Shown here piece after piece: positions 37,454 to 48,309 of a stretch of DNA of 64,000 nt. The translations under genes and the position numbers were made by a program. Origin of the DNA: a virus (taxonomy: Duplodnaviria; Caudoviricetes); IMG/VR virus record IMGVR_UViG_3300019370_000055, positions 60,012-124,011 of that record. One strand, 5' to 3'. Every line of letters starts with the position of its first letter. Position 1 is the stretch's first letter. A model generated the notes under the pieces. The model made no database searches. It was not told the DNA's origin and worked only from the letters and a program-made list of their open reading frames with translations.

Positions 37454-37960
37454 ATGGCGAGGCCATGCAAATGTGCTATTACTGGCGAAAAGGGAACTAC
37501 AGATACATTTGTAAAAATCAATGGTAAGTATTATAAAAGCCAAGAAATTTATGATGCTGACCAAAAGAGTAAGGCCAAGCGTAAAGAACTGATTGATTAT
37601 GTTTGTCGGGAGTTTTTAAGGTATGGAAATGGGCAACCATTTCCTACCTCCCTTCCTAAAAAGCTAAATGAACTGTCATTTTATGATGATGATGTAATTT
37701 TAGAAACATTTAAACGATGTGCGTCTGATATTCATTATCAGATGGAACATAAGCAGTTCTCCGCTGAATATAACAAAGTCGCATATATGTTTGCGATCAT
37801 TAAAAACTCTATTGCAGATGTAAATGCAGAGTTCCAACGTAAAAAGAAACAAGAGAATACCATAAAAACAACCGAAATCGAGTGTGGCGATTTATCCAGT
37901 ATTGGGACAAAAACCCGTGGAAAGGATATTAGCAGCTTTCTCAATGATGATGAGTTTTAA
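37454..37960 (+). CDS. hypothetical replication protein (possible helicase loader)
   Basis: Directly upstream of DnaB. Confidence 0.55.
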   Translation: MARPCKCAITGEKGTTDTFVKINGKYYKSQEIYDADQKSKAKRKELIDYVCREFLRYGNGQPFPTSLPKKLNELSFYDDDVILETFKRCASDIHYQMEHKQFSAEYNKVAYMFAIIKNSIADVNAEFQRKKKQENTIKTTEIECGDLSSIGTKTRGKDISSFLNDDEF

Positions 37961-37966
37961 AGGAGG

Positions 37967-39442
37967 GTGATCAATATAGATTTAAAAAAGTATCCTGAAG
38001 AACTGATTAAAGGTCGAGATAGCGCAGAAGCCACATTCGTTTTTTGTTTATGGAAACAGCCTGACTTATATGATGATTTTCAACGTGTAAATGCAAATGA
38101 AGATCAGACATTAAAAACAGATGATGGTGTTTTCTATTTTTCACTTGGGCGGCAGATGTTCAATCAAGGCTTTAAATCTTTTGACAATGTAACTATATAT
38201 ACATTTTTAGAAGGTAAGCCAACAGTCAAAAAGCATTTCGATGAACTTGGTGGTTATGCTACAGTAAGTGAACTTTGTTCTTTAGTTAATCCTGAAAATG
38301 TCGATGCTTATTATGACAAAGTTGCAAAGATGAACACGCTTATGACTTTGTACGATAAAGGGTTTCCTGTATTGGACAATGTTGATCGTTTCTCTAAAAT
38401 GACAAATCAAGAGGTGTATGATTATTTTGATTACATTTTAAATAGTGTAAGCATTAAAAACACACACGATATTGAAATTGAAACATTGGAGATTGATGAG
38501 AAATTTCTTACTGAATGTAATGACGGATCAGCGCAGGGCATTAGTTATGGTGCGCATTGTCCTATCTTAAATTACTTAACGCTTGGTACTCCGCTTGGCG
38601 ATATGTATATGTTTGCTGGTCATAGTGGTGTTGGTAAGACTTCATTTGTATTTGAAAATATGATTCTTCCAATGACTGAGGATGGTACAAAATGCGCTGT
38701 AATCAGTAATGAACAACGTTCAAAGGATTTTAAGCAACTCCTACTTGTACATATACTTACTGCTGAATTAGATTATTGGGGGCTGACCCGAAAGAAGCTG
38801 AAGATGGGAAAGTTCACTAAGGAACAATGGGAAATGCTTCGCAAAGCTAAAGCAATTTCTAAAGAAAAGTATTCTAATATTCAGTTTGTTAAATTGTTTG
38901 ATAATGATATGAACAAGGTTAAGCGCATTATTAAGAAGCTGGCGAAACTTGGTTATCAAGTGGTTATGTTTGATACTATGAAATCTGAAGATGAAATTGA
39001 TGAATCCATGTGGCAGCAGCTTTTGATTCATAGTCGTAAACTGTTTCAGATTACCAGCCGTGAAAATATTTCATTGATCTGTACATATCAGCTTGCCTTA
39101 CATACTTTAAATAAACGATATTTGGATGCCAGTTGTCTTTCTAACGCCAAGCAAATTAAGGAAGTCTTTTCTGAAATGGTTTATGCAAGACCATTGTGGG
39201 ATGATGAATTTCCGGGAGCAAAATTTGATGTAAAACCATATCAACTGAAAAAGGATGAGAGCGGTAAATATACCAACGTGCGCAAGCTAATTCCATTAGA
39301 CCCGGAAAAGAAATATATTGTGGCATTTCTTGATAAGACCAGAAACGATGATGATAAAATTCAAGTTCTTTATGAATTTAATGGTCGTTTCAATCGTTGG
39401 AAGGAAATCGGATATTGTTCGGTGTTTAATGAACATAAATAA
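37967..39442 (+). CDS. DnaB-like replicative helicase
   Basis: GHSGVGKT, SNEQ, FDTMK, YQL, DKTR. Confidence 0.88.
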   Translation: MINIDLKKYPEELIKGRDSAEATFVFCLWKQPDLYDDFQRVNANEDQTLKTDDGVFYFSLGRQMFNQGFKSFDNVTIYTFLEGKPTVKKHFDELGGYATVSELCSLVNPENVDAYYDKVAKMNTLMTLYDKGFPVLDNVDRFSKMTNQEVYDYFDYILNSVSIKNTHDIEIETLEIDEKFLTECNDGSAQGISYGAHCPILNYLTLGTPLGDMYMFAGHSGVGKTSFVFENMILPMTEDGTKCAVISNEQRSKDFKQLLLVHILTAELDYWGLTRKKLKMGKFTKEQWEMLRKAKAISKEKYSNIQFVKLFDNDMNKVKRIIKKLAKLGYQVVMFDTMKSEDEIDESMWQQLLIHSRKLFQITSRENISLICTYQLALHTLNKRYLDASCLSNAKQIKEVFSEMVYARPLWDDEFPGAKFDVKPYQLKKDESGKYTNVRKLIPLDPEKKYIVAFLDKTRNDDDKIQVLYEFNGRFNRWKEIGYCSVFNEHK

Positions 39443-39610
39443 GGAGGATTAATGACATATCGTGAGTCTTTAGAAAAAGAGAAAATTACACTAAATGGAA
39501 ATGACTATGTACCTCTGGAGAAGGTAAAAGAAATTCTGGATGAAATAGAGAATGAGTTGGGCGTTATTCCAAATTTGTTAAAATTATTGTATTAGAAAGA
39601 AGGATGTAAA

Positions 39611-40156
39611 ATGAAGAATTTTAAGCCTATTTTGATTGGTATTGCCGTTGTTGTGGCTGCAATTTTGCTGTTTGTTTTTGCGTTTCAAGGGGTTCAGAAT
39701 AAAGCTATTTCTCTTGAGGAACAGATTAATACGGCACAGTCAGAGATTAAGGTGCAAGAGAAGCGCAGGGCTGATTTGATTCCCAATCTGGTTGATTGTG
39801 TTAAGGCATACGATGAGCATGAGTATCAGACACTTATGGGTGTGATTGGACAGCGTGGTAGTTCTTCAGATGAGAGTGTGCAAGAAATTCGGACTATGAT
39901 TCAGGCCGTGGCGGAGGCATATCCTGATCTAAAGAGTAGTGACAATTATAAGGAACTGATGAACGAACTTGCCACTACAGAGAATTTGATTGCAAATTAT
40001 CGTAGCAATTTTAATACATGGGTAAAGAACTATAATCAGTATGTTCGGAAGTTCCCTAATAAGCAGATTTTGAGTATGCTTGGGTATCAGCTTATGGATT
40101 ATACATATCTTGATTACAATGTTTCTTCTGATGCTCCAACTAATCTTTTTGACTAA
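39611..40156 (+). CDS. LemA family protein
   Basis: TM helix plus RRADLIPNLV, EAYPDLKS, TEN, YN..VRKFP. Confidence 0.92.
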   Translation: MKNFKPILIGIAVVVAAILLFVFAFQGVQNKAISLEEQINTAQSEIKVQEKRRADLIPNLVDCVKAYDEHEYQTLMGVIGQRGSSSDESVQEIRTMIQAVAEAYPDLKSSDNYKELMNELATTENLIANYRSNFNTWVKNYNQYVRKFPNKQILSMLGYQLMDYTYLDYNVSSDAPTNLFD

Positions 40157-40167
40157 AGGTAAGCAAT

Positions 40168-40896
40168 ATGAAAATCACAAAGCGGGAAGTTATTTTTAGT
40201 ATTGCGTTAATTTGCATTATGCTTGTTATTGGTATTGTTATCTCGGACAAAATCAATGATAGTTTAATGGAGCAATACCAGAAATATAATACTGCGCTTC
40301 GGATTAACGATGATCCAGAATTGTTCAAATATGGTATGCGTACAAATGTTGGTAATGCGTTTGTACATGGCGATCTGGTTGCGGTTGATCCTGTTTCCTA
40401 TCCTGAAGTAGATGGGTTATATGGTTCTATGACTAAGGTTACTGAACGTTATACAATGCACACACGGACAGTAACAAAGACAAGAACTGTTAATGGTAAA
40501 ACACAAACTTATACTGAAGTAGAAACATATTGGACATGGGATACTATTGATAGGGATTATCGTAATGCAACTACAATTTCATATCTTGGTGTAGAATTTC
40601 CATATGGAACTATTGAGTATTTCCCAGAGAACTATATTACGACAATTAAACTTTCATCACATTTGAGAGATAAGTATTATGGTTCAGATATTTCATATAC
40701 AGGCACATTGTTTGCGAATTTAAGTGACAACACAATTTCTCAAACTTCATTTTATAATGATATGCCAATAGATAAAACAATCGAATATCTGGAATCAAAA
40801 GTTCAACTGGTTATCTTTTGGGTGTTCTGGATTATTTTGATTGACGTTGCTACATATGGATTCTACTATTTGGACAATAAGTGGCTTGAGGGATAA
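40168..40896 (+). CDS. two-TM membrane protein
   Basis: N- and C-terminal TM helices; adjacent to LemA. Confidence 0.75.
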   Translation: MKITKREVIFSIALICIMLVIGIVISDKINDSLMEQYQKYNTALRINDDPELFKYGMRTNVGNAFVHGDLVAVDPVSYPEVDGLYGSMTKVTERYTMHTRTVTKTRTVNGKTQTYTEVETYWTWDTIDRDYRNATTISYLGVEFPYGTIEYFPENYITTIKLSSHLRDKYYGSDISYTGTLFANLSDNTISQTSFYNDMPIDKTIEYLESKVQLVIFWVFWIILIDVATYGFYYLDNKWLEG

Positions 40897-40926
40897 TTGG
40901 TTGTAGATTGAAAGGAGGGCGGTATT

Positions 40927-41952
40927 ATAGTAAATGCACTATCGCTGTCCAATTACTTATCTAACAATTTAGATGCCTGTATCGTCCTCCTTGAATCTAT
41001 GGACTATACGCAGATTACATATAGAAGTAAACAAAATGAATTGCGTTTTAGCCGTGAGGATGGGCATAATCCAACAGCAATGCGATTGAAACTTGATACC
41101 TTAAAGTTTGATGGGTTTTCTATAAATGAACATGGCAATCTGTATTCACTTGTAATGAAAACAAAAAAATTGTCATTTCCAAAAGCATTAAGATATGTCG
41201 CAGAAACTCTTGGCCTTGAAAAAAGCCAGTTTAGTCAAAAAATTAGGTATCCATTTGGCGGATTTTATAAAGGTCTAATGAAGGAAATTCAAGAACCAGA
41301 ATATTCAATGACTACATATGATGAATCTATTCTTGATGAGTACGCTAATAAATTTAATCTGATGTTCTTTAAAGATGGAATTAATTTTCAGACGCAAAAG
41401 CATTTCAATGTAGGATTTGATTTGGAGTCATTAAGAATTACCGTTCCTGAGTACACTTTAGATGGTAAGCTATGTGGGATCATGGGAAGGTTGAATGATA
41501 GTAGGTGTTCAAAAGATGAACGCTGGTTGCCAATCATTCCATGCTCCCGCAGCCTTACCCTTTATGGATACCATCACAACTATGAATCCATCCAGCAAAA
41601 GAATATTGTTGTTGTAGGTGAATCAGAAAAATTTGTACAGCAGCTTCATTCTATGGGCAGCTATGTAGGATTGGCTACTTGTGGATGCGATGTAAGCGAT
41701 ATTCAAGCAAAACATTTAAAAGCCCTGATGACTTCAAAAATTATTCTGGCCTATGATGAGGGCTTAGAAGAAGAACAGATAAGATTACAGGCTCAAAAAT
41801 TGCTTTTAGATAATGCAGTATTTCATAATCATGTTGGTTACGTGTTCGATAGAGAGAATTTGATCTTGCCCAAGGGAAGTAAAGCAAGCCCATCTGATTT
41901 AGGGAAGGGAGCATTTACCGAACTTATTAAGAACTATGTTGTATGGTTATAA
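40927..41952 (+). CDS. DNA primase (TOPRIM); probable non-ATG start upstream of 40999
   Basis: GIMGR, LYGY, VGESEK, AYDEG; open frame extends back to the RBS near 40912. Confidence 0.82.
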   Translation: MVNALSLSNYLSNNLDACIVLLESMDYTQITYRSKQNELRFSREDGHNPTAMRLKLDTLKFDGFSINEHGNLYSLVMKTKKLSFPKALRYVAETLGLEKSQFSQKIRYPFGGFYKGLMKEIQEPEYSMTTYDESILDEYANKFNLMFFKDGINFQTQKHFNVGFDLESLRITVPEYTLDGKLCGIMGRLNDSRCSKDERWLPIIPCSRSLTLYGYHHNYESIQQKNIVVVGESEKFVQQLHSMGSYVGLATCGCDVSDIQAKHLKALMTSKIILAYDEGLEEEQIRLQAQKLLLDNAVFHNHVGYVFDRENLILPKGSKASPSDLGKGAFTELIKNYVVWL

Positions 41953-41981
41953 CTACTTAATCAATAAAAGAGAGGTATATT

Positions 41982-43103
41982 ATGGCGAAACGAGATAAAG
42001 ACCCACGACTTCAAGCATTGTTTGATGCTAATAAGAATGTATATAGCATTTCAAAATGTAATACAATCGAGGAATGTTTATATGAAACATTTAGATCATA
42101 TATCAAACATGACAAAGGTACAAATGGAATCTATGGTGTATTGGGAACCAAAATTCACGATAAACTGGAGGAAATTATTAAAGGGGAGGCAACAGTAGAT
42201 GAATTGCCTGAAACTTTAAATCAAGAATTGTTGGATTTAGATTTGATTGGGTTAGAGTTCCCCAAGGACTTTAAGGGTAACGATACTATTCGTAATAATT
42301 GGATTGCTGATATGAAGCATTTTTGTCAGACGTTCCAGCCTCCAAAGGGTGTATTTAAGACTGAGGAATTAGTTATCTATCCGCTTTCAGATGATCGTTA
42401 TGTACAGGGCTATATTGACTTGATTCGTGAAAATTCGGATGGAACAATTTCGATTTATGATTGGAAAACATCTACTGACTTTAAGGCCGCTGAACTGGTA
42501 CATCATGGACGGCAGCTTGTATTCTATGCTCTGGCAAAAGAAGCTGAAGGATTCAAAGTTCGTGACGTATCATGGATTATGTTGAAATACTGTGAAGTCA
42601 GCTTTATGGGTAAGAAGCGTTCCAATTCTAAAAATAAAACTGAAATTGTTAAAGTTCTGAACCGTGGCAAATTGGTTTATGAACTCAAGGATCATATTCA
42701 GTGTGATCTTGAGGAACTTGGATATGATGAACTTGATATTGAGATCATGTACAAGAATGCTTTGCAAGCAAATTCTTTGGATGTGCTGCCGCTGGAAGTA
42801 CGTGAGCGGTATACGATCAAGCCTTATGTGCGCCAGTATAGTATTACCGATGAACTGCGGCAGGAAACGATTGACTATCTAAACCGTATGGCTGATTTGT
42901 TTGAATCTCTGGATCAAGACGATGAGAGTCAATGGCCTCCCCGTCAGTTTACACGGATTAATGGAAATGGTAATGAGGTTGAGGATACATTCTTTTGTAA
43001 TAACTTGTGCAATTTCCGTAATACGTGTGTTCATGTTAAGCGGTTTAATGACCAATGGGCTTTACGAAAACTGGATAAGGATGAGGATGCTAATTTGTTT
43101 TAA
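41982..43103 (+). CDS. PD-(D/E)XK exonuclease (RecB/Cas4-like)
   Basis: GTKIH, GYIDLI, YDWKT, QL.FY, C-terminal FFCNNLC..R..C. Confidence 0.85.
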   Translation: MAKRDKDPRLQALFDANKNVYSISKCNTIEECLYETFRSYIKHDKGTNGIYGVLGTKIHDKLEEIIKGEATVDELPETLNQELLDLDLIGLEFPKDFKGNDTIRNNWIADMKHFCQTFQPPKGVFKTEELVIYPLSDDRYVQGYIDLIRENSDGTISIYDWKTSTDFKAAELVHHGRQLVFYALAKEAEGFKVRDVSWIMLKYCEVSFMGKKRSNSKNKTEIVKVLNRGKLVYELKDHIQCDLEELGYDELDIEIMYKNALQANSLDVLPLEVRERYTIKPYVRQYSITDELRQETIDYLNRMADLFESLDQDDESQWPPRQFTRINGNGNEVEDTFFCNNLCNFRNTCVHVKRFNDQWALRKLDKDEDANLF

Positions 43104-43123
43104 TAAGGAAATGGTAAAGAAAT

Positions 43124-43636
43124 ATGAAACTTGTAAATGCAAAACTATATGAGGAACAAATCAAACGTAAAATGTGGGAGATTTGGTATGATGAAAAATA
43201 CCAATATTATTTCGGTGGTAGCTGGCGCAACGATTTTTCTCTCGCAGACAATAACGGTGACTACCAGAAACGTGCATTTGCTGTACTAAATAAAGACGTT
43301 GAATTGATTGGTTATATCAGCTATTCAGTTGATAATGAGTTGCGTATTGCGCAATGGTTTGGCGCAATTAATTTCAGTAATGATAAATTCACATTTGGCA
43401 AAGCACTTCGACAGGTTATTACAGATTGTTTTCTTAAATTCGGCATGGAAGTTGTTGAATGGAATGTAATTTGTGGTAATCCCATTGAATCAAGTTATGA
43501 CAAAATGTGTGAAAAGCTGGGTGGTCATATTGTTGGAATTAGACACCGTAGGGCTTTAGATTTGGCTGGCAATGTACATGATGATAAAACCTATGAAATA
43601 CTTCGTGAAGATTTTTTGAAAGCACTAAAAGGTTGA
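43124..43636 (+). CDS. RimJ/RimL-like GNAT acetyltransferase
   Basis: LIGYI, N....SY.K..EKLGG..VG, YEILR. Confidence 0.7.
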   Translation: MKLVNAKLYEEQIKRKMWEIWYDEKYQYYFGGSWRNDFSLADNNGDYQKRAFAVLNKDVELIGYISYSVDNELRIAQWFGAINFSNDKFTFGKALRQVITDCFLKFGMEVVEWNVICGNPIESSYDKMCEKLGGHIVGIRHRRALDLAGNVHDDKTYEILREDFLKALKG

Positions 43637-43639
43637 CTT

Positions 43640-43843
43640 ATGAAATGTTCTTATTGTGAAGTTGATACTAATGATTTTGTTCAGATGAATCAAACTGTTG
43701 GATATAGTGGCATTGAAATTGCTATAAATAGGCAAGGAATGTTAAGAGCAAGAATATTTGATACTTATAACAATTTAATTAGCCAAGATATTGTAGAAAT
43801 ACATCATTGCCCGTTATGTGGAAAACGATTTATGAAAGGTTAA
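43640..43843 (+). CDS. small Zn-binding protein
   Basis: CSYC...HCPLCGKR. Confidence 0.6.
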   Translation: MKCSYCEVDTNDFVQMNQTVGYSGIEIAINRQGMLRARIFDTYNNLISQDIVEIHHCPLCGKRFMKG

Positions 43844-44029
43844 TTTTATGAGGTATAAATTTTGGTTTAAAGTTGATATTCCCGATAATAAAGCATCTGA
43901 TGAAGTTCTTCAAAAGCTGTTTCAAGATGTAGCTAATGCTATTCAACCAGTCTGTTCATTTGATGATGAGGATTGGGATTTTGGTGTAGATCATGAATAG
44001 CTTTCAAAAATTAGCTTGGTGGTGATAAA

Positions 44030-44380
44030 GTGCGACTAATTATTGCTGGAGGGAGAGATTTTAACAATTATAGTTTGTTAAAAGAAACTGTAAATAAGTT
44101 TTTGACAGATTATAATGATGAACCTTGCATTATTTGTGGCAAAGCAAAAGGTGCAGACACACTCGGAGAAAGATTTGCAAAAGAGCAAGGTTATAAAATC
44201 AAGTATTTTCCTGCTGATTGGAATACGTATGGTAAATCTGCTGGATTCGTTCGCAATATAGAAATGGCTGAAAACGCAACTGCCTTGATTGCATTTTGGG
44301 ATGGAAAAAGTTCTGGAACAAAGCACATGATTGAAACAGCTAAAAAATATAATTTAAAAATTTTGATACAGAGGTATTAA
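44030..44380 (+). CDS. YspA-like SLOG family protein (DUF2493)
   Basis: IIAGGRDF, GKAKGAD, ADW..YGKSAG..RN..M, FWDGKSSGT. Confidence 0.88.
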   Translation: MRLIIAGGRDFNNYSLLKETVNKFLTDYNDEPCIICGKAKGADTLGERFAKEQGYKIKYFPADWNTYGKSAGFVRNIEMAENATALIAFWDGKSSGTKHMIETAKKYNLKILIQRY

Positions 44381-44514
44381 TATGTGGTTATATAGAAAAA
44401 TTCTTATGTCTGATTGGGAGTGGCTTCAACGAGCAACTACTATTGAAAATGATGGGTTTTATATTCGATACAAAGTGTTTGGAATTACAGTTGCGAAACA
44501 TGAGGCGGTGAGAT

Positions 44515-44807
44515 ATTAATTTGTTTGGTAAATATAAAGTTGCACATTTGCTTGGGATTACAAGAGAACACGAGCACAATTTCGCAAGGTTGAAATTGAA
44601 TTAACAAAACAAGGTTACATATGTTTTGCTCCAGCAATATATTGCTTTGAAACATATAAACAGCATCCAGAGTTGTTAGACGATATGTGTTATGAGAAGC
44701 TGTTAGTTTGTGATTTTTGCGTTGTTGTAACACCTGAACATATTGGCAAATCTACATCAAATCGTATTCGTCAAGCTATTTCTATGAACAAACCTGTTTA
44801 TGTATGA
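44515..44807 (+). pseudogene. DUF4406/deoxyribosyltransferase-like gene with a frameshift near 44575
   Basis: Joined frames give ..LLGITRE/FRKVEIELTKQGYICFAP..MCYEKLLVCD..IGKST..KPVY. Confidence 0.5.
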
Positions 44808-45029
44808 GAAAATGATGGTTTAAATGGAATTATTAAAGGTGAAAAAGATTTAAACAGATATACAAATTATAAGGGAGGGTAAATTATGCCCGGAGATTGG
44901 ACACTTGGTTTGGATTGGCCTACGTGTAGTATTGATCATCAAAAATGTCCAAGTTATTTTTCAAGATGTGATTTATGCGAAAAGAACAAGAATTTAGAAA
45001 GTGATAAAGATAAAGAAGGGAATGAGTAA

Positions 45030-48000
45030 ATGCAAAATTATCATAGACATACATCATATAGCAATATTTACATTGCCGATTCTGCTGCTGTTAATGAGGA
45101 CTATGCTAAACGTGCGGTGGAGTTAGGTCACAAAGTTATTTCCAGCGTAGAACATGGTTGGCAGGGATATTATTTTGAAACATTTGAATTGGCAAAAAAG
45201 TATGACTTAAAATTCATTTTTGGAGCCGAAGCATATTGGGTTAAGGATCGACACGAAAAGGATCGTACCAATGGACACATCATTTTGCTGGCTAAAAATG
45301 AAAATGGACGGAGAGCAATTAATTCCATCCTTTCTACGGCAAATGAAGATGGCTATTACTTCCGTCCACGTGTTGATATGGAACTGTTACTGAGTCTACC
45401 AGCAGATGATGTAATGATAACAACGGCCTGTATTGCGTTCTGGCATTATGATGACATTGAAGATTTGCTTATTCAGCTACATAATCATTTCAAGAGTAAT
45501 CTATTCCTTGAAATTCAGTATCATAATACAGACCCGCAAATTAACTTAAATAAGCGAATTTTGGCCTTGTCCGAGAAATACGGTATTGAAATGATTGTAG
45601 GAATGGATAGTCACTATATCTATCCAGAACAATCAAAAGAACGTGATTATATTCTTGCTGCAAAAAATGTTCACTATGACGATGAGCAAGGCTGGTATAT
45701 GGATTATCCTGATGATGATACTACCATGCAACGATTTTTGGAGCAAGGTGTATTTACTAAAGGTCAGATTCAAAAGGCAATGGATAATACTGATCTGTTG
45801 CTGGAGTTTGATGATTATTCTGTGTTGTCAAATGGTGAGCCTAATCCGATTTTTTCAAAAGATATTAAACTGCCCACCTTGTATGATGGCAAACACGAAA
45901 TTGATGGTAAATTATTGCCCAAGTTGACACAGGAAGAACGCAATAAGGAATATAGCAAACTGATTACAAGGCTTTTCAAGGAATATATGGAAAGTGTACC
46001 TCCAGAGCAATACGATGAATACTTTGAAGGTATTAAAACAGAAGTTCAGGTTATCAAAGACACCAATATGTCAGACTACTTTTTGATTGACTATTATATG
46101 GTGAAACGTGCAATCGAGATGGGTGGTGTTCTGACTAATTCTGGACGTGGTAGTTCAGTTGGTTACTTTACAAATACTCTCCTTGGATTCTCCAAAGTAG
46201 ATCGTTTTCAAAGCCCTATTAAGTTGTATCCAGAGCGTTTTATCAGTAAGAGTCGTATTCTTGAAACGAAAAGCCTTCCTGATATTGATTTGAATTGGGG
46301 AACACCAGATATTGCAGCCGAGGCACAGGAGCAGATTCTTGGAAAGGATCATGCTTATCCTATGATTGCTTTTGGTACGTGCAAGAAAAAGAGCGCATTT
46401 AAACTCTATGCACGTGCGCAGAATATGGACTTTGACCTTGCCAATACTATTTCGGCACAGATTGAAAAGTATGATGAAGCCTTGAAATATGCGGATGATG
46501 ATGAAAAGGACGATATTAACATCTACGATTATGTTGATGAGCAGTATCATTCCTACATTGATGCCAGTAAAAAGTATCAGGGCATTATCATGGATAAGAA
46601 GAAAGCACCTTGCGCCTATCTGCTATATAGTGGTAGCATCCGTGAAGAGATTGGCCTAATCAAATGTAAGAGTGAAACAACTAAAAAAGAATACATGACC
46701 GCCGTTATTGATGGAGCAATCGCAGAGAACTACAAGTTCTTGAAGAACGACATTTTAAAGGTTGATGTTGTTTTGCTTGTGGATATGATTTATAAGCGGA
46801 TTGGTATTAAACCACATACTGTAAATGAACTGATGGAACTGGTGAAAAATGATCCATTGGTGTGGGATATTTACGCCAGCGGTTATACGATGGGAGTAAA
46901 TCAGGTTGAGAAAGCATCTACAACAAGAAAGTCTATGAAATATCAGCCAAGAAACGTATCTGAGTTGTCAGCCTTTATCGCAGCTATTCGTCCAGCTTTT
47001 AAGTCAATGTATTCTAAACTTGAAAATCGTGAAGATTTTTCTTATGACATTCCTGCATTTGATAAGATTCTTCAAACGGAGGAACTTCCACAAAGTTTTA
47101 TTCTGTATCAGGAGCAGACCATGAACACCTTGAACTATGCTGGATTTCCGATTGATGAGTGCTATGGTATTATCAAGGCCATTGCTAAGAAACATCCTGA
47201 AAAGGTTCGTCCTCTAAAAGAGCGATTTATCAACGGATTCAGAGATCGCATTATGGAGGAAGGTACACCAAAGGAAAAGGCCGAGGAAGATGCCGCAAGA
47301 GTTTGGCAGATCATTTCCGATTCCTGCGGATATGGGTTTAATTCAGCCCACGCATATTGCATGGCACTGGATAGCCTTTATAACGCATATTTGAAAGCAC
47401 ATTATCCTTATGAGTTTTATGAAGTCTTGCTTCAGACTTATTCTGATAAGGGCAAGAAAGATAAGGTTGCTGAACTTAAACAGGAAATGAGTCGTGCGTT
47501 CGGGATTATTGAGGGTGAGTATAAATTTGGATTAGATAACAGAAAATTTGTCGCCGATCCAGATCATCATACTATTTATCCTTCGCTACTGTCTATTAAA
47601 GGTCTTAGCCAAGGTTGCGCTAATGATTTATATACGCTTGGTAAAAAGCACTATAATTCGTTCTATGAGTTATGGAAAGACCTAAAGAAGAAAAAGAATT
47701 TAAATAGCGGCAAGATTAATACTCTGATTGAAATTGGATATTTTGATGATTTTGGTTCTATTGGCAAAATTAAGCGATTTGTTGAAATTCTTGATAAACT
47801 TTATGATCGTTCTCAGTTTAGCAAGTCTAATCCTCCTATGGAATTTATTAAGTACATTAAGAAGTATTCCGAAGAAACTGAAAAGCAGTATCGTAAATTC
47901 GATTTTGATTCTGCATTACATGAAATTTGGTATGACTTAGACGATGTTGATATTCCTTTGGGAGAGCGGTTGAAATATGAACTGGACAATATCGGTTACG

Positions 48001-48305
48001 TAAAAACCTGTATGCCTGATATGTCGCCAGATTATGCGTTTGTTCAGGCGTATGAGTGCAAGTATAAGAATCCTAAACTGACATTATATCGGCTGTGCGA
48101 TGGTAGCACCGAAACCGTTAAGGTACGGCGTAAGAAATATGATGAAGCACCTATTAATGTGGGCGACATTATCAAAACTATGGAATGTTCCGAAGAAGGT
48201 CGCTGGTCAAAAGATTCAAATGGTGATTGGCAGCAGAGTCAAAGTGACAAGGAAAGTATTCTAAAGAAGTGGTCGTTTGTTCGAGAAACACCAAGGGAGA
48301 AATAA
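45030..48305 (+). CDS. dnaE: DNA polymerase III alpha subunit
   Basis: PHP domain (HRHTSYS, DSHY), GRGS, PDIDL, YQEQ, GYGFNSAHA. Confidence 0.95.
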   Translation: MQNYHRHTSYSNIYIADSAAVNEDYAKRAVELGHKVISSVEHGWQGYYFETFELAKKYDLKFIFGAEAYWVKDRHEKDRTNGHIILLAKNENGRRAINSILSTANEDGYYFRPRVDMELLLSLPADDVMITTACIAFWHYDDIEDLLIQLHNHFKSNLFLEIQYHNTDPQINLNKRILALSEKYGIEMIVGMDSHYIYPEQSKERDYILAAKNVHYDDEQGWYMDYPDDDTTMQRFLEQGVFTKGQIQKAMDNTDLLLEFDDYSVLSNGEPNPIFSKDIKLPTLYDGKHEIDGKLLPKLTQEERNKEYSKLITRLFKEYMESVPPEQYDEYFEGIKTEVQVIKDTNMSDYFLIDYYMVKRAIEMGGVLTNSGRGSSVGYFTNTLLGFSKVDRFQSPIKLYPERFISKSRILETKSLPDIDLNWGTPDIAAEAQEQILGKDHAYPMIAFGTCKKKSAFKLYARAQNMDFDLANTISAQIEKYDEALKYADDDEKDDINIYDYVDEQYHSYIDASKKYQGIIMDKKKAPCAYLLYSGSIREEIGLIKCKSETTKKEYMTAVIDGAIAENYKFLKNDILKVDVVLLVDMIYKRIGIKPHTVNELMELVKNDPLVWDIYASGYTMGVNQVEKASTTRKSMKYQPRNVSELSAFIAAIRPAFKSMYSKLENREDFSYDIPAFDKILQTEELPQSFILYQEQTMNTLNYAGFPIDECYGIIKAIAKKHPEKVRPLKERFINGFRDRIMEEGTPKEKAEEDAARVWQIISDSCGYGFNSAHAYCMALDSLYNAYLKAHYPYEFYEVLLQTYSDKGKKDKVAELKQEMSRAFGIIEGEYKFGLDNRKFVADPDHHTIYPSLLSIKGLSQGCANDLYTLGKKHYNSFYELWKDLKKKKNLNSGKINTLIEIGYFDDFGSIGKIKRFVEILDKLYDRSQFSKSNPPMEFIKYIKKYSEETEKQYRKFDFDSALHEIWYDLDDVDIPLGERLKYELDNIGYVKTCMPDMSPDYAFVQAYECKYKNPKLTLYRLCDGSTETVKVRRKKYDEAPINVGDIIKTMECSEEGRWSKDSNGDWQQSQSDKESILKKWSFVRETPREK

Positions 48306-48309
48306 GTAA

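Noticed and set aside
35099-37564. Long minus-strand ORFs (35918-37564, 35099-35899; also 1235-2326 and 27184-28089)
   Set aside because: Antisense shadows of well-supported + strand genes, with no recognisable motifs
41982-43103. Cas4 adaptation gene linked to the RAMP system
   Set aside because: It lies 20 kb away inside the replisome cluster and fits an ordinary phage exonuclease
3657-44807. Stop-codon reassignment or a suppressor tRNA explaining in-frame stops
   Set aside because: All three stop types appear as interruptions and all three end normal genes; the CTA in the 22065 tRNA loop is not in anticodon register
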